A DNA stretch of 64,000 bases, from contig JBGANV010000003.1 in assembly GCA_044222185.1 (NCBI GenBank), positions 192,001 through 256,000 on the forward strand, written 5' to 3'. The notes beneath the pieces are model-generated. The model saw only the letters and a list, made by a program, of their open reading frames with translations, did no database searches and was not told where the DNA came from. Within the stretch, counting starts at the first letter, position 1. Each line of letters begins with the position of its first letter. A program made the position numbers and the translations under genes. Shown here in pieces: positions 19,918-29,760 of this stretch. The DNA comes from Planctomycetota bacterium. Lineage in GTDB: Bacteria; Planctomycetota; GCA-002687715; CAIWVZ01.

Positions 19918-22900
19918 ATGAGGATCACGTCCATTCTGCTCGTGTCGCTGGCCGCCGCGGCTTCGATGACGGCTCAGACCGGTTCCGTCATCCCCGACAG
20001 CCAGATCCCCCGCGATCAGGTCCAGCGCGACTGGGTGAATTTCGAAACGCACCCCATCCAGCCGATCGCGTTGTCGAACGACCAGAGCCTGTTGATGTGC
20101 ATCAACCAACCGGCAGGACGGTTGGTGATCTTCAACGCGGCCGATCGGTCGGTGTCGGGTGTCGTGAGGACCGGCCCGGGCGTGGTGAGCGTCGTGCCGC
20201 GACCAGGGACGAACGAGGTGTTCCTCGTGGACGCCGTCGCCGGCGCGGTGTCGGTGCTGGACCTCGGGCTGCGATCGATCGTCAAGACGATTCGCGTCGG
20301 AGCGCAGCCACACGGACTCGTGTTCACGCCCAGCGGTGACCGCGCGTACGTGGCATGCTCAGCCATCGACAGGGTCGACGTGATCGATCTGCGCACGGGA
20401 TCGGGAACCGCGTACGGCGTCGTGAATCAAATCGCCATCCCGGCCAAGAACCCTCGCGCCATCGCCTACCTCGGCGGGAAAGTCTGGGTCGCGTCGCTGC
20501 TCTCGGGCAACAACACGTCGGTCGTGTCCCCGGGAGCCAACCCGGGCGCCACCTCGGTGAAGAAGGTCACGGCGCAGAACGGCGGGTCGGGGTTCCAAAG
20601 CCCGCTGCCCGACCGTGACATCCTCGCGATCACGCCACATCCCACGAATCCGGCGCTGGACGTCCTCGACCCGACCGCGACGGTGACGGCAGTGGGCACG
20701 AGCCTGTTCAATCTGCACGACGCCGCGGGTGCGCTCTGGGTGCCAAACACCGACGCGCTGAACGCAGACGTGATCGGCGAGAAGAACTTCGTCGGCGGGC
20801 AGGTGGTGAGGAACCAGCTCACGAAGGTGACGATTCCGGGCGGCGCGACGACGGTCTATTCGCTCGACCTGCCGCCAGCGGGCAGTGCCCCCTGCGCCCA
20901 GCCGACGGGGATGGCATACGACCCGGTGAACGGAAGCCTGTTCGTTTGCGGATATGGCAGCGACACCGTCGCCGTCCTGAATGCGTCGACGGGGACGTGG
21001 CGTGGACAGGTCGCACTCCCCGCGGCCCCCGGGTTCCGCACGGGGCCACGGTGCGCGCTCTACGACTCGACCCGGAAACTGGTCTACGTCCTGAACAAGG
21101 CCGCCGACACGCTCAGCGTCATCGACGCCGCAGCGACGCCGACGCTGCTCACGACGGTGAGCCTGGGATTGGATCCGACTCCGGCTCCGATCAAGCGCGG
21201 GCGTGGCCACCTCATCAACGCCAATCACTCCCTCTCCGGCACCGGCTCCTGCGCGTCCTGCCATGTGGACGGACACCTGGACGGTCTCGGCTGGGACTTG
21301 TCCGCGTTCCTCGACCCGGTCGGCACGCAGACGCCGATGTACGAACAGGACCGGAAGGGGCCGATGGTCACCCAGAGCCTGCGCGGCCTTCGCGAGACGC
21401 TCCCCTACCACTGGCGTGGCGAGCGCGCGACGCTCGAGTCGTTCAACCCGGCCTTCGTCGGACTTCTCAAGCGCCCGCAGGAATTGACGTCAGCCGAGTT
21501 CGCGGACTTCCGCGCGTACATCGAGAGTCTGACGTACTCTCCCAACCCGCGCCAGTCGTCCGATCGGACGTACACGACGACTCAGAGGATGGGAGCCGCC
21601 ATCTACATGTCGACGCCGGTCGTCAGCAATCTGGCCTGCAACGGCTGTCACGCGCTGCCGCTCGGCACGCAGGGAGAACCGCTGTTCGACGTGCCCGGGA
21701 ACGAGCTCTCGCGGTCCTTCGTCGTGCCGCACCTGCGGGGGGTGGTCGACAAGCTGTCACCGGCGTTCTTCGTGGGAGGCAACTTCCAATACCGGCCGGA
21801 AACGGGCTTCGGCCTCCTTCACAGCGGCTTCTTCGCAACGCTGGAAGTGCTGACGCCTTTGCAGGCGAACGGCGACTTCATGAGCCTCTTCATTCCGCTC
21901 TCGCAGACCGAGCGGACCCTCGTCGGAGGCTTCGTCTCCGCGCTCGACACGGGGCTCGCCCCCGCAACGGCTTTCCAGGCGACGGTCAACCAGCAGAACG
22001 CGGGCTCGTTCTCGACGGACCTCACCTATCTCACGAGCCAGGCCGATCTCGGCAACTGCGACATCGCCGCGTTCGCCAACTTCCGCATCTCTCCAACCCA
22101 GAGCGTCAAGCGTGGGTACGCCTACGATCGGACCTCGCACCAGTTCTGGTCGACGACGATAAGCGAGGGACTGAATCAGCCGGCGCTGCTCGTCGGGCTC
22201 GCGAGCCTCGGCATGGGTGAAGTGACCTTCGTCGGCTTGCCCGTGGGCATGGGGTGGCGTTTCGGCGTCGACGAGGACATGGATTGGTTGCAGGACGACG
22301 ACGAGGCGGCCCGCGGATGCAACGGCGACGTCTCGGACAAGGACCTGGACGGGTTCCCCGACGGTTGGGAAGTCGCCCGCGGGATGAACCCGACGCAGTT
22401 CGACTCCTCGGCGAACGACACGCAAGCCCCCGTGATCTTCGGAGCGCAGCTCGTCTACCAGACGACGAACGTGGCGAAGTACCGCGTCGACACGAGCGAG
22501 CCGACGCGCCTCCTCGTCACGACGACCGTGAACAACGTGACGACGAGCACGGTGGTGAGTCCTGCGGATCCGGGCCCCGACTTCCAGATGTCCCACATGG
22601 TCGTCGTGCAAGGGCTGTCCGCAGGTCAGGCGGCGACGATCTCGATCCAGGCCACCGACCCCGCGGGAAACTCGTCCGCTTCGTCCGTGAGCCTGGTCGC
22701 ACAGTCGCAGAACTTCCCATCCCTCCACGTCGGATCGTTGACGGTCCAGGTGACCACCGACCCGGCGAGCCAGACGGCGACGGCGACGATCCAGGTGGGC
22801 GTGGCGTCCGAGACGGGCGCCTTGCTCGCCAACATGAACGTCGAGGCCCGGATCTACCTCGAAGTCGGCGGAGTGCTGACCGAGCCGTTCGCGACGCCGT

Positions 22901-23082
22901 CGAACCACATGGTGACGGCGGCCAACGGGATCGCGACGTTCACGGGGACCTTCACGCTGCCGCCCCCGAACAATCGGAAGCTCCACGTCGCCGTGTGGGA
23001 CGTCTCCGAGCCCGTGTTCCCACCGGTTCGAGCCTACGTCGAAGCCCGCGACGTCCTGAACTACGCGAACGCGGGATTCTGA
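19918..23082 (+). CDS. Secreted YVTN/YncE beta-propeller fused to a diheme cytochrome c (peroxidase/MauG-like) region and C-terminal Ig-like domains
   Basis: Signal peptide ending MTA-Q; propeller repeats (VGAQPHGLVFTPSGDRAYVA); CASCH and CNGCH heme motifs; DKDLDGFPDGWE Ca-binding-like repeat. Confidence 0.85.
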   Translation: MRITSILLVSLAAAASMTAQTGSVIPDSQIPRDQVQRDWVNFETHPIQPIALSNDQSLLMCINQPAGRLVIFNAADRSVSGVVRTGPGVVSVVPRPGTNEVFLVDAVAGAVSVLDLGLRSIVKTIRVGAQPHGLVFTPSGDRAYVACSAIDRVDVIDLRTGSGTAYGVVNQIAIPAKNPRAIAYLGGKVWVASLLSGNNTSVVSPGANPGATSVKKVTAQNGGSGFQSPLPDRDILAITPHPTNPALDVLDPTATVTAVGTSLFNLHDAAGALWVPNTDALNADVIGEKNFVGGQVVRNQLTKVTIPGGATTVYSLDLPPAGSAPCAQPTGMAYDPVNGSLFVCGYGSDTVAVLNASTGTWRGQVALPAAPGFRTGPRCALYDSTRKLVYVLNKAADTLSVIDAAATPTLLTTVSLGLDPTPAPIKRGRGHLINANHSLSGTGSCASCHVDGHLDGLGWDLSAFLDPVGTQTPMYEQDRKGPMVTQSLRGLRETLPYHWRGERATLESFNPAFVGLLKRPQELTSAEFADFRAYIESLTYSPNPRQSSDRTYTTTQRMGAAIYMSTPVVSNLACNGCHALPLGTQGEPLFDVPGNELSRSFVVPHLRGVVDKLSPAFFVGGNFQYRPETGFGLLHSGFFATLEVLTPLQANGDFMSLFIPLSQTERTLVGGFVSALDTGLAPATAFQATVNQQNAGSFSTDLTYLTSQADLGNCDIAAFANFRISPTQSVKRGYAYDRTSHQFWSTTISEGLNQPALLVGLASLGMGEVTFVGLPVGMGWRFGVDEDMDWLQDDDEAARGCNGDVSDKDLDGFPDGWEVARGMNPTQFDSSANDTQAPVIFGAQLVYQTTNVAKYRVDTSEPTRLLVTTTVNNVTTSTVVSPADPGPDFQMSHMVVVQGLSAGQAATISIQATDPAGNSSASSVSLVAQSQNFPSLHVGSLTVQVTTDPASQTATATIQVGVASETGALLANMNVEARIYLEVGGVLTEPFATPSNHMVTAANGIATFTGTFTLPPPNNRKLHVAVWDVSEPVFPPVRAYVEARDVLNYANAGF

Positions 23083-23151
23083 TCTCGAGGGCGGCATTCG
23101 CAGGGCGGCGCGCGCTCCCGCCGCCCCGCGGCCCCGCGGTAGACTCCGGCC

Positions 23152-24339
23152 ATGCCCCGCGCCGTTCAACGCACGCCGAGCCTTGCCTCCATCCTCGCAA
23201 CGACCGCCGCCCTGATCTTCGCCTGGCTCTGCACGAGCTGTCAGTCGCCGTCGACGCCGCCACCGACTCCGACGCCGCCGAGCACGATCATCGTGGGAAC
23301 CCAGCAGCCGGAGTCGGCCGGTGGGATTCTCACGCTCGCGCTCGAAGGTGCGGAACGCGGCGCGCAGCGCTCGGCGCTCGCGGGCGTGGCGAAGCCGACG
23401 TTCGTGCACCGCGTGGCGTCGCGCAACATGCTCGTCGTGGCGAGCGAGGTCGGCGACGTGAAGCAAGGCCGTGACGGTGCCATCGTGACCGTCGCGTGCG
23501 CTTCCGACGGGACGCCCGCGCGCGTCCTCGGGCGGGCGCCCTCGGGCGGCGCCGGTCCGTGCTCGCTCGACGTGACGGAGGACGGCCGGTGGGTCGTCGT
23601 CGCGAACTACGGTGGTGGAAGCGTGGCCGTGCTCCCGATCGACGACGCCGCTGCGCCGAGGGCGCCGACCGCGATCGTCCGACACGACGGCCGCGGTGCC
23701 GTCGCAGGTCGTCAGGACGCGCCGCACGTGCACGACGCGCGCTTCGCCTCGAACGGGCGCTTCGTCGTCGTCGCGGACCTCGGGATCGACCGTGTCCTCG
23801 TCTACCGCTTCGATCGCGATCACGGCACGCTCACGCCGCATTCATCGCCGGGAATCGACCTGCCGCCCGGCTCCGGCCCCCGCAAGATCGCCTTCCACCC
23901 TTCGGGCAAGTGGATCTTCGTCGCCTGCGAGCTGTCGAACACCGTCGCCACGTGCGCATGGGATGAGGCCGCGGGCGCACTCACCCTCGCCGCGAGCGTC
24001 TCGACACTGCCGGAAGGCTTCGAAGACAGGAGCTTCGCCGGGGACGTCCTCGTCTCCGAGGATGGCCGGCGGCTCTACGTCAGCAATCGCGGAAACGATT
24101 CCATCGCCACGTTCTCGGTCGACGCCGGAACCGGCGGGCTGAGTTTGCTGGCGCACACCGCGAGCGGGGGGAAGTTTCCGTGGAGCCTCGCTCTCGACGG
24201 CGCGCGCCGGCTGCTCTTCGCCGCGAACCAGGGTTCGAACGAAGTCGTCGCATGCGAGCTGGACCCGACGACGGGCGTGCCTGGCGCGGCACGACGATTC
24301 GCCGAGGCGACCCGCCCCACGTCGCTCGCGCTCGAGTAG
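23152..24339 (+). CDS. Lactonase family protein (6-phosphogluconolactonase/YbhE-type 7-bladed propeller)
   Basis: ANYGGGSVAV, RQDAPHVH, ADLGIDRV, GSGPRKIAFHPSG, LYVSNRGNDSI, GGKFPW; lipoprotein-like N-terminus (WLCTSC). Confidence 0.9.
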   Translation: MPRAVQRTPSLASILATTAALIFAWLCTSCQSPSTPPPTPTPPSTIIVGTQQPESAGGILTLALEGAERGAQRSALAGVAKPTFVHRVASRNMLVVASEVGDVKQGRDGAIVTVACASDGTPARVLGRAPSGGAGPCSLDVTEDGRWVVVANYGGGSVAVLPIDDAAAPRAPTAIVRHDGRGAVAGRQDAPHVHDARFASNGRFVVVADLGIDRVLVYRFDRDHGTLTPHSSPGIDLPPGSGPRKIAFHPSGKWIFVACELSNTVATCAWDEAAGALTLAASVSTLPEGFEDRSFAGDVLVSEDGRRLYVSNRGNDSIATFSVDAGTGGLSLLAHTASGGKFPWSLALDGARRLLFAANQGSNEVVACELDPTTGVPGAARRFAEATRPTSLALE

Positions 24340-24415
24340 CGGCGATGGCGTGGATCGCACCGGCGCCAGCGACCGACCGTCGGCGACGACTCGTACACGA
24401 CCAGGACCCCAGGGC

Positions 24416-24455
24416 AAAAAAAAGGTCCCGCCGCACCCGAAAGTGCGGCGGGACC
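24416..24455 (-). terminator. Rho-independent terminator oriented for a minus-strand transcript
   Basis: 13-bp perfect stem GGTCCCGCCGCAC/GTGCGGCGGGACC with 8 A on its left side (U8 on the minus strand). Confidence 0.85.
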
Positions 24456-24715
24456 ACGCAGCCTCGCCTCGCACACGGCTGGTCGCTTCCGCGACCAGCC
24501 TCCCTCCAACGTTTCTTTCCCCAGGAGTCCTTCCTCACGAAGCTCCTGAGCACGCCTGACGTTGTCCGTTCGTTCGCGGCCTTTTGGGCCGCAGGAGTGA
24601 TCTCCGCGAGACCTCGTCGATCACTCCCGTGAGCTTGTTCTCGGAACGCATCGAACTGACTTGAGGGACGGCGCCGAACCCGGACGAGTCGCCGTTGGAA
24701 CGCCGGATCCGGGTT
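24416..24715 (-). ncRNA. Putative structured non-coding RNA (5' end uncertain)
   Basis: Hairpins at 24477-24500, 24522-24548, 24576-24592, 24594-24627 and 24677-24715 lead into the minus-strand terminator; no convincing minus-strand CDS. Confidence 0.55.
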
Positions 24716-24857
24716 GGAATACTGGCGGCCGACCCGCAAGGTTGGGCCTGTCGCTGCCCGGCACCGTGCCGACGCACCGGACGAAACCAGCACGGATCGA
24801 AGCCTTTTCCCGGCCCCAGGCGTCCCGTGTGGACGCCCCGGAGCCGGCGCGACTCCC

Positions 24858-26432
24858 ATGGCACAGAACATCAAGACCCGCGCGGCCGATTACGCGCAGT
24901 GGTACCTGGACGTCATCAATGCCGCCGGCCTGGCCGACTACTCACCCGTCCGCGGGTGCATGGTCATCAAGCCGCACGGCTACGCCATGTGGGAACAGCT
25001 CCAGAAGGAGTTGGATCATCGCTTCAAGGCGACGGGCCACGTCAACGCCTACTTCCCCGTCTTCATCCCCATGAGCTTCCTCGCCAAGGAAGCCAAGCAC
25101 GTGGAAGGGTTCGCCATGGAGTGCGCCGTCGTGACGCACGCCGGATTGGAGCCCGACGGCGAGGGCGGACTCCGCCCCAAGGGCAAGCTGGAAGAGCCGC
25201 TCATCGTCCGCCCGACGAGCGAGACGATCATCGGACACATGTACGCCCAATGGGTCCAGTCGTGGCGCGACCTGCCGATCCTCATCAACCAATGGGCGAA
25301 CATCGTTCGCTGGGAGATGCGCACGCGCCTCTTCCTGCGGACCATGGAATTCCTCTGGCAGGAAGGACACACCGCGCACGAGACGTGGGAAGAAGCGGAG
25401 GCGGAGACGCGCCGCATGCTCGACGTCTACTCGGACGTCGCGCAGAACGTGCTGGCGATCCCCGTGATCCGCGGCCGGAAGACACCCAGCGAACGCTTCG
25501 CCGGCGCCGACGACACCTACTGCATCGAAGCGATGATGCAGGACGGCAAGGCGCTCCAGGCGGGAACCAGCCACAACCTGGGACAGAACTTCGCGAAGGC
25601 GTTCGACATCAAGTTCCAGACGCGTGACCAGCAGGTGGCGCACGTCTACACCACCTCCTGGGGTGTCACGACCCGGCTCATCGGGGCCGTGATCATGACG
25701 CACTCGGATGACGAAGGCCTGGTCTGCCCGCCCGCCATGGCGCCGGTGCTGCTGGCCATCGTCCCGATCTACCGCAAGCCGGAAGAGCGGGACGCAGTCA
25801 TCGCCTACGCCCGCCGGCTCCTCGCGCAGATCGCCGGAGAGGAAGCCGTCGCGCGCGCAGAGGCCGAGCGCGGCAACCAGGAGATCCTGAACGTGAACCT
25901 GGGCGGCGCCCGCGTGGGACAACGCGTGGTGCTCGATCTGCGCGACGGCCTCCGTCCTCCGGACAAGTTCTTCTGGTGGGAGCAGCGCGGCGTGCCGATC
26001 CGCTTCGAGGCCGGTCCGAAGGACCTCGCACAGGAGAGCGTGATGACCGTGCTCCGTCACACGCGCGAGAAGGCGCCCATCAAGGCCGTCGACATCTCGC
26101 ACACCTGGTTCGAGGCCACGCTCGCTCGGATCCAACAGGCCCTCTTCGATCGCGCCGTCGCGTACCGGAAGGACCACACGTGGATCTGCGACAGCTACGC
26201 CGAGTTCAAGGACAAGATCGAATCGCAGCCGGGTTTCTACCTGATGCACTGGGACGGCACCGCCGAGACGGAAGCCCGCATCAAGGAGGAGACGAAGGCC
26301 ACGATCCGCTGCATTCCCCTCGCCGACACGTTGGACACGGCGGGCGGTGAAGTGAACCTCAGGACGCCCGGAACCGACCCCATGTCGGGCAAACCATCGA
26401 ACGGGCGCGTGATCTTCGCTCGCGCCTACTGA
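24858..26432 (+). CDS. proS: Proline--tRNA ligase (archaeal/eukaryote-like type)
   Basis: YSPVRGCMVIKP, VRPTSETI, QWANIVRWEMRTRLFLRTMEFLWQEGHTAH, QAGTSHNLGQNF, C-terminal FARAY. Confidence 0.97.
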   Translation: MAQNIKTRAADYAQWYLDVINAAGLADYSPVRGCMVIKPHGYAMWEQLQKELDHRFKATGHVNAYFPVFIPMSFLAKEAKHVEGFAMECAVVTHAGLEPDGEGGLRPKGKLEEPLIVRPTSETIIGHMYAQWVQSWRDLPILINQWANIVRWEMRTRLFLRTMEFLWQEGHTAHETWEEAEAETRRMLDVYSDVAQNVLAIPVIRGRKTPSERFAGADDTYCIEAMMQDGKALQAGTSHNLGQNFAKAFDIKFQTRDQQVAHVYTTSWGVTTRLIGAVIMTHSDDEGLVCPPAMAPVLLAIVPIYRKPEERDAVIAYARRLLAQIAGEEAVARAEAERGNQEILNVNLGGARVGQRVVLDLRDGLRPPDKFFWWEQRGVPIRFEAGPKDLAQESVMTVLRHTREKAPIKAVDISHTWFEATLARIQQALFDRAVAYRKDHTWICDSYAEFKDKIESQPGFYLMHWDGTAETEARIKEETKATIRCIPLADTLDTAGGEVNLRTPGTDPMSGKPSNGRVIFARAY

Positions 26433-26523
26433 GCTCGCAAAAGCCGGGGCGACGAGCACGATTCTTCGCAAGTAGACTGCCGGGGGAACGACGGGATCCG
26501 TCCCCGGAACCACGAGACCATTG

Positions 26524-27690
26524 ATGACCTACAACGTTGTGTGTCTGCCAGGTGACGGCATCGGCCCCGAGGTGATGAACGAAGGGCTCCGCGCGCTTCG
26601 CGCGGTGGCGAAACCCCTGGGTATCGACTTCAAGTTCGAAGAGATCCCGTGCGGCGGCCAGTACTTCCTCGCGAACGGCAAGCACCACGACTGGCCCGAC
26701 GGCAGCTTCGAGAAGTGCAAGGCGGCCGACATGATCCTCCTCGGCGCGGTCGGCTGGCCGTCGCCCGACGGCAAGGGCCCGACCCTCATGGAGAACGGGC
26801 ACATGGCCGGCCACTCGGCCGTCCTCGGCAACCGAACCAAACTCGACCTGTACGCAAACGTTCGTCCCGTCCGCCTCTACCCCGGCATCCACCATCGGAT
26901 CCACGGTGGATCGATGCAGGTGTGGCAGCCGGGCAAGGTGGACATCATCTTCGTCCGCGAGAACACGGAAGGCCTCTACAGCCCAACGGGCGGCATCCTG
27001 GCCCCCGGCGACGTGAAGCAGGTCGGCATCGATACGCGCGTCATCACGCGTCGCGGGTCGGAGCGCGTGATCCGAAAGGCCTTCGAGATCTGCCGCCGTC
27101 GCAATCGCGGCGCACCGGCCGACGGCAAGAAGCGCGTCACCTGCATCCTGAAGGACAACGTCCTCCACGGCTGCCGCCTCTTCGGCGAGATCTTCTTCGA
27201 CATCGGCAAGGAGTATCCCGAGATCGAGAAGGAGACGTCCATCGTCGACGCGTTCACGCAGTGGCTCGTCACCAAGCCCGAGTGGTACGACGTCTGCGTC
27301 ACGACGAACATGTTCGGTGACATCGTCACGGACCTCGCATCGGTGCTTCAAGGCGGCATGGGCATGGCGGCGGGCGCGAACGTCGGAGACGACCACGGCA
27401 TGTTCGAGCCGATCCACGGCTCGGCGCCCAAGCACGCAGGCCTCGACAAGGCCAACCCCATGGCCATGGTCCTCGCCGCGAAGGAAGGCTGCTCGTGGCT
27501 CGGCCATCGCAAGAACGACGCGAAGCTCGAGAAGGCGGCCGACTGCCTCGAGCACGCGGTGATGAACGTCCTCGAGCGCGGCAAGCCGCTCACGTACGAC
27601 CTGGTGGACGACCCGAAGAACGCCGCGCGCTGTTCCGTCGTAGGTGCGGCCGTGGCTGACGAGGCCGCGCGCCTTGCGACGGCGCACTGA
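26524..27690 (+). CDS. Isocitrate/isopropylmalate (beta-decarboxylating) dehydrogenase family protein
   Basis: [45 protein letters not shown]; substrate cannot be assigned by eye. Confidence 0.93.
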   Translation: MTYNVVCLPGDGIGPEVMNEGLRALRAVAKPLGIDFKFEEIPCGGQYFLANGKHHDWPDGSFEKCKAADMILLGAVGWPSPDGKGPTLMENGHMAGHSAVLGNRTKLDLYANVRPVRLYPGIHHRIHGGSMQVWQPGKVDIIFVRENTEGLYSPTGGILAPGDVKQVGIDTRVITRRGSERVIRKAFEICRRRNRGAPADGKKRVTCILKDNVLHGCRLFGEIFFDIGKEYPEIEKETSIVDAFTQWLVTKPEWYDVCVTTNMFGDIVTDLASVLQGGMGMAAGANVGDDHGMFEPIHGSAPKHAGLDKANPMAMVLAAKEGCSWLGHRKNDAKLEKAADCLEHAVMNVLERGKPLTYDLVDDPKNAARCSVVGAAVADEAARLATAH

Positions 27691-28369
27691 TCCCAGACCA
27701 GCAACGAGAACCGCGGCCGCCGGCCGCGGTTCGAGTCTCCGAGGTGCGGCCCCGGCATCGTTCACGCCCCTCCCCGCCGCGTTCTATGCACGCAACGCAC
27801 TCCGCGTCGCGCGCGACCTGCTCGGCAAGCTCCTCGTCCGAGAACTTCCCGAGGGCCGCGTCGTCGTCCGGATCGTGGAGGTGGAGGCCTATCGCGGCCC
27901 CGCGGATCGCGCGGCCCACAGCTTCGGCGGGCGCCGCACGCCGCGCAACGAGGTGATGTACGGCCCGGCGGGCCGGCTCTACGTCTACTTCGTCTACGGA
28001 ATGCACTGGTGCGCCAACGTCGTCGCGGCACGGGAGGGTGTGCCCGAAGCCGTACTCCTCCGCGGCGCCGAGGTCATCGAGGGATCGGCCATCCTCCGAG
28101 CCCGCCGCGGTCGGGAGCTGCCGGACCACGAACTCCTGCGGGGCCCGGCGAACCTCTGCAAGGCCCTCGGAGTCGACGGAACACACAACGGCGTCGGCCT
28201 CGAGACGGGCGCGATCCATCTGGCGGATGCGCCCAGGATCGGGAGCGCACGCGTGCGGAGTTCGCCGCGGATCGGCGTCGACTACGCAGGTGTCGACGCG
28301 AGCCTGCCGTGGCGGCTGTTCGTCGCGGATTGCCGCTCCGTTTCCGGCCCGCGTCAGAAGAAGGCGTAG
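27644..28369 (+). CDS. DNA-3-methyladenine glycosylase (MPG family); start uncertain
   Basis: VARDLLGK, IVEVEAY, YVYFVYGMHWCANVV, GPANLCKAL, PRIGVDY. Confidence 0.92.
   Translation: MRPWLTRPRALRRRTDPRPATRTAAAGRGSSLRGAAPASFTPLPAAFYARNALRVARDLLGKLLVRELPEGRVVVRIVEVEAYRGPADRAAHSFGGRRTPRNEVMYGPAGRLYVYFVYGMHWCANVVAAREGVPEAVLLRGAEVIEGSAILRARRGRELPDHELLRGPANLCKALGVDGTHNGVGLETGAIHLADAPRIGSARVRSSPRIGVDYAGVDASLPWRLFVADCRSVSGPRQKKA
27708..27732. repeat. Perfect 12-bp inverted repeat
   Basis: GAACCGCGGCCG-C-CGGCCGCGGTTC just after the dehydrogenase stop codon. Confidence 0.8.
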
Positions 28370-28384
28370 CGCGAAACGCACGCG

Positions 28385-29482
28385 TCAGGTGGCGCGGCGC
28401 AGCAGGGAGCGATCGAGCTGGCCGATCGCCGTTCGGCCGCAGAGCCGCATCGCCAATCGCAGCTCGTCGCTCAACAGGTCGAGGGCGCGAACGACCCCCG
28501 CCTCACCCGACGTCGCGAGCGCATAGAGAATGGGTCGCCCAACGAGCACGGCCTTCGCTCCCAACGCGATCGCTTTCACGACGTCGGTGCCTCGACGGAC
28601 CCCGCCGTCGACGAGGACGTCGGCCCGGCCAGCCACCGCATCCACGACCTCCGGGAGTGCCTCGATCGGCGGGATCGAGCCGTCGAGCTGCCGGCCGCCA
28701 TGGTTGGAGACGATGACCCCCGAGCAGCCGTGCTCGACGGCAAGCGCCGCGTCCTCGGCGGTCAAGATCCCCTTCACGATCACAGGGAGCCTGGCGTTTG
28801 CCCGGAGCCACTCGACGCCTTCCCAGGTGAGCGAGTCATCGAGTTGATCGTGCACGTAGTCGGCGAAGCTCTTGTAGGCGGAACGGCCCGAGGCGTCCGT
28901 CGGCATGGCCAGCTGCGGACGGGCGGTGAAGTTGCGCAGCTCGACGCCCGGGGGAAGCGTGAAGAGGTTCCGGATGTCGCGCTCGCGGCGCCCGAGGTGA
29001 GGCGTGTCGACCGTGAGGACGAGCGCGTCGAATCCCGCGGCCTCCGCCCGATCGACCAGGTGCCGCGCCAGCGCCCGATCCTTGTACACGTAGAGCTGGA
29101 ACCAGCGCGGGCCGGGCCCCGTCGCAGCCACCTCCTCGAGCGAACTCGACGCGGCCGTGCTCAACACGAACGTGCAGTCGCGTGACGCCGCGCCGCGCGC
29201 CGTCGCCAGTTCGCCCTCGGGATGCGCAAGCCGATGGAACGCCATGGGCGCGATCACGATCGGCGACGGCATCTGGCGGCCGACGACGGTGGTGCGGAGA
29301 TCGATGGTGCTGACGTCGACGAGACTTCTCGGTCGCAGCCACCAACGGTCGTACGCCCCGCGGTTCGCCACCAGCGATCGCTCGTCTCCTGCGCCGCCGC
29401 AGAAGTAATCGAAGCTCGCTCGTGGGAGGCAGCCGCGCGCGAGGACTTCAAAATCGTCCAGGTTGATTGGGTTCTGGTCCAT
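28385..29482 (-). CDS. FMN-dependent alpha-hydroxy acid oxidase/dehydrogenase
   Basis: WFQLYVYKD, LTVDTPHLGRRERD, VKGIL, SNHGGRQLD, DGGVRRGTDV. Confidence 0.96.
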   Translation of the reverse strand: MDQNPINLDDFEVLARGCLPRASFDYFCGGAGDERSLVANRGAYDRWWLRPRSLVDVSTIDLRTTVVGRQMPSPIVIAPMAFHRLAHPEGELATARGAASRDCTFVLSTAASSSLEEVAATGPGPRWFQLYVYKDRALARHLVDRAEAAGFDALVLTVDTPHLGRRERDIRNLFTLPPGVELRNFTARPQLAMPTDASGRSAYKSFADYVHDQLDDSLTWEGVEWLRANARLPVIVKGILTAEDAALAVEHGCSGVIVSNHGGRQLDGSIPPIEALPEVVDAVAGRADVLVDGGVRRGTDVVKAIALGAKAVLVGRPILYALATSGEAGVVRALDLLSDELRLAMRLCGRTAIGQLDRSLLRRAT

Positions 29483-29760
29483 GCCGCCGGACTCTGCATG
29501 CGCCGCGGCCGGAACTTCAAGGCTCGGAGCGTCCGGCCGACGTCCGGATGCGGTGCAGGCACGGCCCCACGCGCCACCCGATCGGCCTTGAACCTCCGTG
29601 GCCAGCCGTATTCCGCCCGCCCGGCACTCGATTCGATGGCATCTGCGCCCTATCCTGTGCGCTCATCCGGTGTCCGCATCACCCCGCACGCCGGATTCGT
29701 GGGGCGCGAGCGATCCATCCTCGCGCGCGAAGCGACCCACCATCCATGCCGAGTCCGTCA

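Noticed and set aside
24416-24715. tmRNA, RNase P RNA or SRP RNA identity for the structured region
   Set aside because: No tRNA-like ends, no GAGGAAAGUCC/CGGCUUA P4 pair on one strand, and the GGAA-capped helix lacks the SRP internal loops
24460-24857. T-box riboswitch upstream of proS
   Set aside because: No T-box (UGGNACC) consensus or plus-strand terminator with a U-tract; the only strong terminator faces the minus strand
26524-27690. Assigning the symbol leuB
   Set aside because: The family is clear, but there are no leu neighbours and substrate specificity (isopropylmalate, tartrate, homoisocitrate) cannot be resolved by eye
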